From Mobula hypostoma (taxonomy: Eukaryota): DNA of 64,000 bases. This document shows positions 1 to 11,800 of this stretch, in pieces. Position 1 is the stretch's first letter. The number at the start of each line of letters is the position of its first letter. A program made the translations under genes and the position numbers. The notes under the pieces were generated by a model. That model ran no database searches. It saw nothing but the letters and a program-made list of their open reading frames with translations, and was not told the DNA's origin. The stretch covers positions 247,506,001-247,570,000 of the forward strand of contig NC_086097.1 in NCBI RefSeq assembly GCF_963921235.1, in the 5' to 3' direction.

Positions 1-620
1 TCACCTCAATCTCTCTAATCACCTTTGGTTCATTACACAATACCCAATCCAGTACAGCTGATCCCCTAGTGGGCTCAACAACAAGCTGTTCTAAAAAGCC
101 ATCTTGTAGACATTCTACAAATTCTCTCTCTTGAGATCCAGTGCCGATCTGATTTTCCCAATCCACTCGCATGTTAAAATCCCCCACAATTATCATAACA
201 CTGCCCTTCTGACAAGCCTTTTCTATTTCCTGTTGTAATTTGTAGTCCACATCACTGCAGATGTTTGGAGGCCTGTATATAACTGTCATCAGGGTCCTTT
301 TACCCCTGCGATTTCAGCTCAACCCATTCTGCACCTTCCGATCCTATGTCACCTCTTTCTAATGATTTAATATCATTTCTTACCAATAAAGCCACACCAC
401 CCCCTCTGCGTACCTGTCTATCCTTCTGATACACCGTGTATCCTTGGATGTTCAGCTCCCAGAGCCATGCATCCTTTAGCCACATCTCAGTGATGGCCAC
501 AATATCATACCTGCCAATCTGTAGCTGTACGACAAGATCATCCACCTTATTCCTTATGCTGCGTGCATTAAAGTATAACACCTTAAGACCAGTATTTGGT
601 ACTTTTTGCTTTGATTGCAC
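1..620 (-). mobile_element. CR1 LINE ORF2, AP-endonuclease domain, degenerate; runs off the window start
   Basis: ORF 300..620 reads LKVLYFNARSIRNK..IVAITEMWL..GGGVALLV; further downstream, after a frame disruption, YRPP, GDFN and LDWVL motifs follow. Confidence 0.9.
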
Positions 621-759
621 TGCAACTCATCCCAATGGCTGCAAATTTGCCCCACCACCTGCCTGTCCTACCTGACATCTTTACTGCTGACTATCTTAGA
701 TTTATTTCTGTTTTCCCCCTCCTCCGCTCTATCATTCCGGTTCCCATCCCCCTGCCAAA

Positions 760-1735
760 TTAGTTTAAACCCTCCCTAACAGCTCTATTAAATCTTCCCG
801 CCAGGATATTGGTCCCCTTCGGGTTCAGGTGTAACTTGTCCATTTTGAACAGGTCATACTTCCCCCAGTAGAAATCCCAATGATCCAAGAATCTGAAGCC
901 CTGCCCCCTGCACCAGTCACTCAGCCACACATTCATCTGCCTGATCCTACTATTCTTGTCCTCGCTAGCACGTGGCACAAGTAGCAATCCTGAGATTACT
1001 ACCCTGGAGGTCCTGCTTCTCAGCTTCCTTTCTAACTCCCAGAAATCTCTCTTCAGGACCTCCTCCTTTGTCCTATCTTATGTCATTGGTACCAACATGT
1101 ACCAAGACAGCTGGCTGCTCGCCCTCTCCCTTCAGAATATTCTGGACCCGATCTGAGACATCCCGTACCCTGGCACCTGGGAGGCAGCACACCATGCAGG
1201 TATCTCTAACAGGCTCAAAGAATTTCCTGTCTGTTCCCCTGGCTATGGAATCCCCTGCATTCCTCTTCTCCCTCCTTCTCTCCTGCACAACAGCGTCAGG
1301 CTCAGTGCCAGAGACCCGGTCACAGTGGCCATCCCCTGTCAGGTCATCCCCCTCAACGGCATCTAGAACAAGATATTTGTTCCTGAGGGGGACAGCCACA
1401 GGTGTGCTCTCCACTATCTGGGCATCTCCCTTCCCTCTCTTGACAGTGACCCAGTTTTCTGACCCCTGTAGCCTACGGATGACAACCTCCCTGTAGCTCC
1501 TGTCTATCACCTCTTCACTTTCCCTGATAAGCAGTAGGTCATCAAGCTGCAGCTCCAGATCCCTAACACGGTCTCTGAGGAGCTGCATCTCGGTGCACCT
1601 GGCGCAGATGTGGCCATCAGGGAGGCTGGCGGTCTCCCAGGATTCCCACATCTGACACCCTGAACAAAGCACTAACCCTGCAGACATGCTACCTAATTCT
1701 ACAGGAATGAAACAAGGAAAAATAAGTCTACTCAC
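760..1735 (-). mobile_element. CR1 LINE ORF1 (zinc finger, coiled coil, SGNH/GDSL esterase), disrupted
   Basis: CSGC..HICARC zinc finger; GDSIARG, HVGTND and DKLHLN esterase blocks, split across ORFs 1073..1735 and 760..987. Confidence 0.9.
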
Positions 1736-2150
1736 CCACTTACCTCACCAAACACACAAACTTTTTAAACTGTTAGCTTGTACTGTTAGCTCTGTGAGCC
1801 TTGCTGTTCCCCTGTCTGTCCAGGTCGATTCGCCAAGGGGAAAAAGGAGAGTCGGTGTCTCGCTCTCGCCTCTTCCCGGTATACCGCCCAAGCCCATTGA
1901 GCCAAGCCCTACACTCTGCTGCCACTCACTCCGCTGCCCGCTCCGACCGCTGCCTGCTGGATAGGGTGGTCTCCTTCTTAAACTCTCTGCGCTGTCCTGT
2001 CTACGTCACGCGCCTGCGCAGTCTCGTCCTTCTTGTAATCAAAGATGTTTTTTTAAAAACTGCCTTCCTTCAGAATTTAGCTCCCACACCGCCCTTCTTG
2101 TCCCGATCCAAAAAACACCCATTGGAAGTCCCATTCCTTTTTAAACTCTC
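1736..2150 (-). mobile_element. Probable CR1 5' UTR / internal promoter
   Basis: CpG-rich stretch directly upstream of ORF1 in an otherwise CpG-depleted window. Confidence 0.55.
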
Positions 2151-2235
2151 CTCACTGTCCATGTCCTGTCATTGATAGACCATGATCGCCACATTATATG
2201 ACACAGCACATAATGAACAAATGATACATCCTACA

Positions 2236-2505
2236 GAGCTGGCAATCAGTGATTGGGGTTCAATTCCCATCACCATCCATAAGGAGTTTCTACGTTCTCC
2301 CCATGACTGTATAGGTTTCCTCTGGGCGCTTAAGTTTTGTCCCACATACAGTTTAGGGTTAGTAAGTTGTGGGCATGCTGTGTTGGCACTGGAAGAATGG
2401 GTTATCCCCAGTACATCCTCACACTGTCTTAGTCATTGATGCAAAGCATGCACTTCACTGTATGTTTTAATGTACGTGTGACAGATAAAGCTCATTTCAA
2501 TCTTA
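2236..2505 (+). mobile_element. tRNA-derived V-type (HE1-like) SINE
   Basis: B-box-like GGTTCAATTCC followed by V-domain-like GAGTTT..GTTCTCCCCATGACTG..GGTTTCCTC; related copies near 7706-7970, 16580-16750, 31380-31560, 36930-37070, 50347-50540, 54630-54905 and 55880-56050. Confidence 0.65.
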
Positions 2506-2614
2506 TTGTTGATTAAAAGCAGATTTACACTGAATTTGTATGCCCAGAAATTTTACTGCGTAACACAAAATTTTTCACAATATATGATTATAAATCAATC
2601 ATATTCTGGAATTA

Positions 2615-2830
2615 TAAACACAAGAGATTCCATAGATACTCAAATTTCAGATTAACACACAACAAAAAATGCTGGAGGAACTCAGTAGGTCCGGCAGCCT
2701 CTCTGGAATGAAGAGTCAATATTTCAGGCCAAGAAGAGACCTGATGAGGGGTCCTGGCCTAAAACATTGACTCTTTTCCCTTTCCGTAAATGCTGCCAGA
2801 CCTTCTGAGTTCCTCCAGCATTTTTGTGAT
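2615..2830. mobile_element. Penelope-derived palindromic element with decayed hammerhead motif
   Basis: Inverted arms AAATGCTGGAGGAACTCAG / CTGAGTTCCTCCAGCATTT around CTGATGA-GGGGTCCTGGCCT-AAAACATT. Confidence 0.7.
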
Positions 2831-5365
2831 TTTCTGGAATGAAGCGCAATGTAGATTATTTTCTAGTTGCCTGGTGCCACTGCAATAATTGAGTTGGTGC
2901 TTTTGAACAGGCGTCGCCCTTGAGCTCCGACCTACTTTCGGCACTGGTGCACACAGTTTGGCACCTCACCCATGTAACACTACCTCAGTGGTATGAATAC
3001 ACGATTGGGATCATTCTTGTCCAGTTAAACCCGTGATTTTTACCGCAGGTCTAGGCCAGGACATCTGTCAGGTAAAGTCCCTTCATTCTTTGAGACCACC
3101 CCAAAACCTGCATTACACTAAGCCCTGTTTCATCTCTCAGGTTCCATTTTCTGCTGTTTTTAACATTTTCAGTCAACTCCTCTGCCCTTGGCTCTACTCC
3201 ATGATCCTTGTCGTTCATCATGAGGTCCACAGATTCCCTCTTTCTTGGCTGGGCTGACTGCCCAACAGTAATAACATCATTTTGTTCTCTTTTACACTCA
3301 TGTACTGAAGAATGACAATAAACAATCGTGAGTTTCTAAACTGCCTGTGTCCAGCTTCGAGCCTCAATTCCCCCACCAAAGCTTTGATCATTCAGTGTCG
3401 CCCGTGACTGGATGTTGTCTCCTGATCCTGGCCTTCCTCTGACTGTCAGTACATTCGAATGAGTCCAGTTCATGAGCGGGACACTGGGTTGGTTTTGGGT
3501 TCAATGCAATGACGTTTCAGGGAAGAGGTAAACATACATGAATTTCAGAGACACACAGAATATTAGGGAAAATATTGCATGTAAATATTATATAATATCA
3601 TAAGCTATGAATATTTTTAATATCAGATTATTTTAATGTCAGTTCTCTTCTTAGAAATACAAATCAGTTATTTGAGAAGTCTGACCCTCACCATCCGGTA
3701 CATGCCCTCTTCTTGTTACTACTATTGGGGAGAAGGTACAGGAGCCTGAAGACACACACTCTAGTGAGTCAGGAACAGGTCCTTCTCCTCTGCTGTCAGA
3801 TTTCTGAATGATCCATGAGCACCGCCTCATTGTTCCTTTGTTGGCACTATTTATTTATTTTGTAACTTACAGTAGATTTATGATTTTCTACTATTAACCC
3901 CTATCTGATATAGATAGTTTGTATCCTCACTAAAGTGAGGTTATACTGTAGTTACCCAATCTTCAAAGACTACATCACTTCCCCCTTTATCCTCCATGGT
4001 GAGTTTAGCTGTCAATACACACTATTTGAGTGGTGGGTCCCCCCTTCCTACCAAGGAGGAGATATTTCCAGAGAATAAAGTAGTTTGAAACATAGTTCAT
4101 TTATTTACAGTGATACATGTTTAAATTCAGACAAAATACTTAAAACACATTTAAAACTCAGAGGATTTCCATCGTATAAAAGATTTCCAAATTACAAACC
4201 ATTTCTAAACAATAAAAGATTTCCAAAACACAGGTACAGTTCCTAAAACTAAAATGACATAGCCACGCAGTGCAGACAAACAAATCAACTGTTGCAGAAA
4301 CTGAAGGAAAAAGAATGGATTCTAGTTTACCTGTGTTTCTGTTAGTCTTCCTGATGTTCTTGACTATTCCTAAAAAGCCTGGACTGCTCGCTTACATTTT
4401 TACCGCTTCTATGCCACTCCGATGACCTCACACATGTAATATTTTTTCATATAGCTTTTCACACAGGTAGTCTAAAAGCTTCTGAGGACAGAGCTCCTAA
4501 ACACTCAAAATAAATGTTGTGAATGCTGACTCCCTGAGCACACAAATTACCCAACTATTAATAGATCAGCTACTTGACGTGGTAACCTGGTCTGCAAGCT
4601 TCCTTGAACTAAATAACTTAGCCAGTGTTGTCTAGTTTGATTCAAGCCCAATTAACAAAACCCATCATCTTACACTGGATGTCTTCAGCAGCTAGCCCAG
4701 GTGCTATGTGCCATCAATTCTGATCCATAGACAGTGCTGTTTGTTGATTAAGCTGTCCTTTTAACTTCAGGCTGATTATTGCTTTACACATACATCAAGA
4801 ACTGGCTCTTGTTTATGACCAGAAGCTGAACAAAGATTATTAGTTGGAAGTTTACCTAGAAACTTCAGAGGGCTGCAAACTCACGTAACTCCATCATGGA
4901 CACAAGCCTCTTTACGACTGAGAACATCTTCAAAAGGCAAAGCCTCAGGAAAGCATCATCCAGCACTCACCGTCAGACTCTCACCATCCGGGACCTGCCC
5001 TCTGTTGTGTAATAAATATTTCAGTAACATTTGAGTAATATTGTAAATATAGTGTTTGCTTAAACATTCTTGTTTGTTCAAATAATCTATTACGGGTAAA
5101 AATGCATAAACTGCATACATCATGACAGCACCATGTGACATGTGCATCCCTCGCCTAAACTATATACGAAGTTAGACTTGCATTCCTGACTGTCTTGTTT
5201 TCCTTTCAATTTGTTTTTATGTTTGGAGGTACAGAACGTATTTACTACCAGCGAGAAGGAGGCACAGGATCCTGAAGACACACACTCAATAATGTAGAGA
5301 TAGCTTCTTCCCCTCCACCATCAGATTTATGAATCTTTCCTGAATACAACCTCACTATTTTGCTC

Positions 5366-5586
5366 GCAAACGAGGAATTCTGCAGATGCTGGAAATTCAA
5401 GCAACACACATCAAAGTTGCTGGTGAACGCAGCAGGCCAGGCAGCATCTGTAGGAAGAGGTACAGCCGACGTTTCGGGCCGAGACCCTTTGTAAGGGCCT
5501 TGGCCTGAAACGTCAACTGTACCTCTTCCTAGAGATGCTGCCTGGCCTGCTGCGTTCACCAGCAACTTTGATATGTGCTGCTTCAT
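5366..5586. mobile_element. Penelope-derived palindromic element with TSD
   Basis: ~90-bp inverted arms 5399-5489 and 5493-5583; direct repeat TATTTTGCTC at 5356-5365 and 5587-5596. Confidence 0.85.
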
Positions 5587-8239
5587 TATTTTGCTCTCTT
5601 TTTGCACTATGTATTTATTTTTTATATACTCATTTTGGAATTGATAGTAATTAAAGTACTGCAGGCGTACCCCATCAGCAAGTTTCTCGTTGGTGGAGAA
5701 ACTGAAGCAGCTGGACTTGGTGCGGACCGCGATGCTGCCTGTATCAGAGAGGCATTGGAGTAGTTGGTGCACAAAGGTGGCAGGCAGTCCAACAGCGAGA
5801 GATCATCTCAGTCACTTTTCTCGTGACTGCTAGACCCTGTTGGACATTGTTATTGTGGAATGCTGCAAGTCTAATTCACTGATTCATTGGTGGACGGTGG
5901 GGGAGCTGTGTGGTCTCAGTCATAGCAAGAACTAGGCTTCAAGCCAGAAGGTTGCCTGTTTACAGCCCCCCAGGAGAGAGGCGTTGGAGTTGATGTGTTC
6001 CACTGGAGGCAGTACGGCACGGCGTCCAAGCTGGTGTTGGTGCTGATCCCACTGTTCGCTCTGCGGAAGACAAGCTGTATTGTGTTCAACGGCAGACTGC
6101 TGCAACGTTCGTGGACTCAGAGACTTGCACGATATTTTTTTGTGTGACTGTATTTTACTGGTATCTTATGTGTGCTATGTGCGCCTTGTGCTGTGTGTGA
6201 CTGCTGGTACTGTGTTTTGCACCTTGGGCCCACAGTAACACTGTTTCACTTGGCTGTATTCAGGCATGATTGAATGACAATTAAACTTGAACTTAATTTT
6301 TGTATGTGTTGCACTGTACTGCTGCCAATAAACAACAAATTCCATTACACATTCCAGTGATAATAAACCTGATTCTAATTCATTGCTCATGTTATAACCT
6401 GCTTTCTAATATCCTTCTACCACACAATAAAAAGGTCTTCTGCTTTTTACATCAAAAAGCTTCTAACATGCGAGTTCACTCACTTTGTTACTTCCAGTCA
6501 AGTCCAACAGACTAACAATTGCCAGTAGTAGCTGGTGAGTGTCACTAATTCTCACTGTTATGGATATTTATTTATTGAATGATCAAAAGCTCAGCTACAC
6601 CGTACTGGAAGAGCCACTATTTTTAAGGTACACATTTTCAACACAATATTCTTTATGTGTACAATGGAAACAATTTTAGCAGCAGAGGTTATTACTTAAG
6701 GGATGAACACCTGCCACATTTTGAAACACTGAGCTGTGTAGAAGAAACAATAATTTTATATTGAGCCATCTACAAAACTCCCAAAGGATTCCAAAATTAT
6801 ATTTGGAGCAAACTTAATATCAAAGGCAACCGAAACAATGCAGTCTGCTAAAAACAAGCATCATGTTGTTTGAGATAATAGAGATTATAGTATTATTAAA
6901 ATATATTAAAATAGGGTGCTTTTTATTCATAAGGAAAACACTTGGAGTTCAACAGTAATCAGTTTTGTATCTCAACAATTTGGGAAAATGTTTACCCAAG
7001 GATAGACAGCAGAACATTTTGTTTTTCTTTTACATTCTCAAAAAGACCTTTAGAGTTCGACTTAAATTAATGATATCACAACAGTTTGGGGAAACATTCA
7101 CATAAGATCATCCCTTAACAGACTAGACACCTTTTTTTTTCTTTTCCTTTCATAATTCTGTGATAGATTCACAAGGAAAACACCTTAAGAGTTTGACATA
7201 AATTAATTACATCTCAACAATTTAGGCAAATGTTCACCAAAGGATTATTCCTTGATAGACTAAGAAATTATATATATATATTTTCTCTTTTACTAATTCT
7301 GTAATGGAAAGAAAGAACTGAGGACACGATGCAGTGCTGTACCATCTCCTCTTAACATCCTCTAACACTCACAATGCACTGCATTTTAGGTGCAATCACG
7401 TGATGCTTTGAAGACAAAATGCAAAAATCAATAGGCACTGCAATGGCTCATAAACAAAGAAAGGCTCCAAAGCCCAAAAGCAAATGCAGGGACTGTGACT
7501 GCCATTTAAACCATCCCCACTGCACCCTTTGCAGGCAACGCAACTGCCTTCTTCGCTCTGTTCACGTTCAACTCCGTGCATTGCCTTAACTTGATTGGCC
7601 ATTCCTGTTAATTCCAGCCTGTACCTCTTAAAGTCTCCCTGCACCTTTCAAAGGGAACGGAGCTGCCGAAGCCCCTTGCTGGGAATTCTGGAACACTACT
7701 CAGAACAGCACGGTAGTGTGGCAGTTAGCTCCAACTCTCAGATAAGGGTTCCATTTCCACTGCGGTATGGGAGGGATTTTGTACATTCGCCCATGACCAC
7801 ATGGGTTTCCTCCTACACTCCAAAGGCACGCGGGTTAGTGAGTTGAGGGCATGCTATGTTGGAACCAGAAGCTGGTGACACTTGTGGGCTGCCCAGCTGA
7901 TTTGATTTGATACAAGCAATGCATTTCACATCCATGTTTCAATGTACATGTGACAAGTCAAGCTAATCTACCTTGCAGGAATTGTTTGGGGCAGATCGGC
8001 GTATTTACAGTACCTGTGCTGGCACTGGGAAGCTTTTCTTTCTATGGAAGGCAGGCAAAATGGCAGCAACACACACAAACTGCTGGAGAAACTCAGCAAG
8101 TCAGGCAGCATCTACGGAAGGGAATAAAGAGACCCTTCAGCAGGACAATCCTTGGGCATACATTCTTTAGACATAGACGCTCCCCTGACCAAGTCCCTTT
8201 GTGATTCCATTTCTACAGCTAGTTTCCAATCCAGGTGGA

Positions 8240-8664
8240 CATCATAGAGGCATCAGAAGTGCAGGGAGTGACCAATTTCAAGTTCCTGGGTGTCAATAGC
8301 TCCGAGGACCTAACCTGGACACAACATATTGATGCAGCTATAAAGGCGGCAAGACAGCGGCTATACTTCATTATGAGTCTGTGGAGATTTAGTTTGTCAA
8401 CTAAAACACTCGAAAACTTCTACAAATGTACCGTGGAGAGCATTCTGGCCGGCTGCATCACTGTCTGGTGTGGGCGGGGGGGGAAGTGGGGGGCTACCAC
8501 ACAAGATCAAAGTAAGGTGCAAAAGCTTATAAAATCAGCCAGCACCATCACGGGTTCCAGCCTCTGTAGTATCCAAGACATCTTCAAGGAGCGGTGCCTT
8601 AGGAAGGCAGTACCCATTATTAAGGACCCCCATCACCCAGTACATGCCCTCTTCACACTGCTAC
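8240..8664 (+). mobile_element. Rex1/Babar-like LINE RT C-terminal fragment; resumes at ~9088-9395
   Basis: FKFLGV..DLTW..RQRLYF..FYKCTVESIL..IIKDPHHP translation; 3' end continues after the RTE insertion. Confidence 0.8.
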
Positions 8665-9088
8665 GGATGAAAGACGAACGTCTGCCGAAACAAATCATCT
8701 GCTCCCAGCTTAAAGAAGGCAAACGTAAAAGAGGCAGACAACAGAAGAGATTCAAAGACATCTGAAAAGCCAACATGAAGAAATGTAACATCGACGTCAA
8801 CAATTGGGAAACCAGTGCCAAGGACAGGAAACTCTGGCAAGCCGTCATCCGAGAAGGAACATCGACTTTCGAAGCCAACAGATGTGCAGAATTAGAAGAA
8901 AAGAGAAGAAAATGGAAAGAGAGGCAGCAACAACCAAAGCCTGATCTGCCGTCTAGAATTACTTATCCTGAATGCGGAAGAACTTTCAAAGCCAAGATTG
9001 GACTCATAAGCCACTTGAGAGCCCGTAAGCAGATCAACAAAACGAAGACCATCATCCTCGACCTCGAGGGATAGTCACGATGATGACA
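8662..9088 (+). mobile_element. RTE-clade LINE 3' end with C2H2 zinc finger
   Basis: RMKDERLPKQI..GKRKRGRQQKRFKD..W..A.DR..W..PECGRTFKAKIGLISHLR followed by a GAT-type tail. Confidence 0.8.
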
Positions 9089-10974
9089 ACCATCAGGAAG
9101 GAGATTCAGAAGCCTGAAGGCACACACTTAGCGATTCAGGAACAGCTTCTTCCTCTCTGCCATTCAATTTCTAAATGGACATTGAACCCGTGAACGCTAC
9201 CTCACAACTTTTTTTATTTTTTTGTTTTGTACCAATTTTAACTAAACTATTTAATAGACATATATATATATATACTTAATGCAACTCAGATTTTTTTCTC
9301 TATATTTACTCATCACGTATTTCATTGCACTGCTGCCATAAAGTTATCAAATTTCACGACTTGTGTCGATGATATTAAACCTGATTTTTATTCTGTTAAA
9401 ATGCCGATATTTCAGGCTGAGACCCTTCATCAGGATTCAGCCAGCACAGTCAATACTATGGTCACCAGCACCAATCCTGGCAGTTACAAATATAGTCAAG
9501 GAATATCTCTGTTCCAGCCTCGAAGAAATTCTGGTCTACATAACAGATGGAGACAGACTGATGCTTCAGGGTAGCTTGCCCTCTGGCAAAGCATAATTAG
9601 CAAGGAGGAAATCTGGAGATATCCTCAGTGGAGTCCTCCTTTTGACAAACTGCTTTCAGCAAAGAATTGTTATAGACAGCTGTCTGCTTCATCAGTGAGA
9701 TAAGAACAAAATATTTAGGGCAATAAACCCAAAGCAGATTTGGCACCAATTGGATTACATCATTATCCATGTAAAGTTCAAAGTTCAAAGTAACTTTATT
9801 ATCAAAGAACATATATGTCCCCATACACAACTCTGAGATTCATTTCCTTGTGGGCATACTCAATAAATCTATAGAATAATAACCATAACAAAATTAGTGA
9901 AAGAACTGCCCAACTTTGACTTTCAACCAGCGCGCAGAAGACAACAAACTGTGCAAATACAAAACAAAAGAAATAATAATAAAAAAAAATAAGATGAAGG
10001 GACTTGAAAGTGAGCCTGTTGGTTGTGGGAACATTTCAGTGATGGGGCAAGAGGAATTGAATGAAATTAGCCCCTTTGTTCAAGAGACTAATCACCATCC
10101 TATTTACTCCATGATCTCCAACAGCGTGGCCCAATTACTGACCCCAACAATCAGTGTTGAAAGCCTCACGGACCCTGCTAAAGCAAATAGAATTGGCAGA
10201 ATGGCCGGTTTCTTAGCAGCATGGAGGAACAGAGGGATCTTCAGATCCCCTTCCATAAATGCTGTGCAGGTTAATAGGGTAGTGAAGAGGGCACATGTGT
10301 GTTGGCCTTCATTAATCGGTAGATTGAGGGCAACAGCTTGCTCTCCATATTGTATTGCCCTGGCTTGTGTATCCAGACAACAAGGACACAACATCCAAGG
10401 AGGCCTCAAGGTAGGCACATGGAGGAAAGAAAAATGGAGGGCTTTGTGGGAGGTAAGGGTTCGATCTCAGTGTAGGTTAAAAGGTTGGTGTAAAGTTGTG
10501 GGCTGAATAACCTGTACTGAGCTGTAGTGTTCAATTGTACATCATGGAAATTTGTCACTAATCTCAGTAGTGAACTTCACCCCAATGTGTCCAAACCACT
10601 GGGCAAATACTTGCCATTGCCATTGTCAATGTGAGTGAGAGAGAACCAGAAAGAAATGTCCATAAAGCACTGACCTGTAAACTACCAGGAGGCTTTTTAA
10701 TCATTGAAGAGATCCAGAGCGTGTGAGGTGTCATGGATTTTGATAGGAAGGGACTGAACTAGGGGGGATAAAACAGAGTCAAGGTACGCTGATATGAGTT
10801 CAGTGGGGCAGGAACAAGCTGAAACAATGGGTCTACCCGGACAAGAGGATTTGTGGTTCTTTGATAGGAGGTAGAAACAGGAGGTATGGGGTGTGGGAAC
10901 TATAAGGTTGGTGGCAGTGAATGGCAGATCCCCAGAGCCAATAAGCTTGGTGACGGTGTGGGAGACAATGGCAA

Positions 10975-11150
10975 ATCACAAGTCCTGGTTATGTGACCAC
11001 TGGCGCCAGGTAGACAGTCTCTGAAGAGTATTGATAATGGCTGGGGTCACCCGTCTTGTAAAGACACTGCCCAGAAGAAGGCAATGGCAAACCACTTCTG
11101 TAGAAAGGTTTGCGAAGAACAGTCATGATCATGGAAAGACCATGATCAGA
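10975..11150 (+). mobile_element. RTE-related non-autonomous repeat fragment
   Basis: GAAGAAGGCAATGGCAAACCAC motif resembling BovB/RTE-type sequence; reverse-strand copies at ~32915-33230 and ~47895-48275. Confidence 0.55.
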
Positions 11151-11233
11151 ATCAGAATCAGGTTTATTATCACCAGCATGTGATGTGAAATTTGTTAACT
11201 TAGCAGCAGCAGTTCAATGCAATACATAATCTA

Positions 11234-11235
<2 letters not shown>

Positions 11236-11267
<32 letters not shown>
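11236..11267. repeat. (GA)n microsatellite
   Basis: Direct reading. Confidence 0.95.
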
Positions 11268-11272
<5 letters not shown>

Positions 11273-11631
11273 ATAAATAAAATAAAACATAATAATAAAT
11301 AAACAAGTAAATCGATTATGTATATTGAATGGATTTTTTAAAAATGTGCAAAAACAGAAATACTGTATATTAAAAAAAGTGAGGTAGTGTCCAAAGCTTC
11401 AATGTCCGTTTAGGAATCAGATGGCAGAGAATGAATCCCATGTCATTCAACATGGCTCATAACGAAGGAACAAGTTACAGTAAGAAACATAAACAAGTAG
11501 TGCAAGAAGGGAGCAGAATGGAATACACATGGGTTCATGAACTGATCACATATCTGATTTCAGAGGGGAAGAAGCGGTTCCTAAAACAGGCTGTTCAAGC
11601 TCCTGATGGTGGTAGTGATAAAAGAGGATAT

Positions 11632-11800
11632 AATCTCTTACTAACTCTTCTTTCAGTTAGTCCTGATGAAGGGTCTCGGCCCAAAACGTCGACTGTACCT
11701 CTTCCTAGAGATGCCGCCTGGCCTGCTGCGTTCACCAGCAATTTTTATGTGTGTTGCTTGAAATTCCAGCATCTGCAGATTTCCTCGTGTTTGCGTTTTT
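11632..11800 (+). mobile_element. Penelope-derived short element with hammerhead motif (G12A variant) and 11-bp TSD
   Basis: AGTC-CTGATGA-A-GGGTCTCGGCCC-AAAAC-GTC-GACT at 11659-11694; TSD AAAGAGGATAT at 11621-11631 and 11801-11811. Confidence 0.85.

Noticed and set aside
5008..5240. Possible short solo LTR inside a Rex1-like tail
   Set aside because: It interrupts the host repeat, but no clear CA end or TSD could be identified
9916..10506. 196-aa ORF
   Set aside because: Mosaic of LINE-tail, unique and CR1 fragments with no recognisable protein or splice structure
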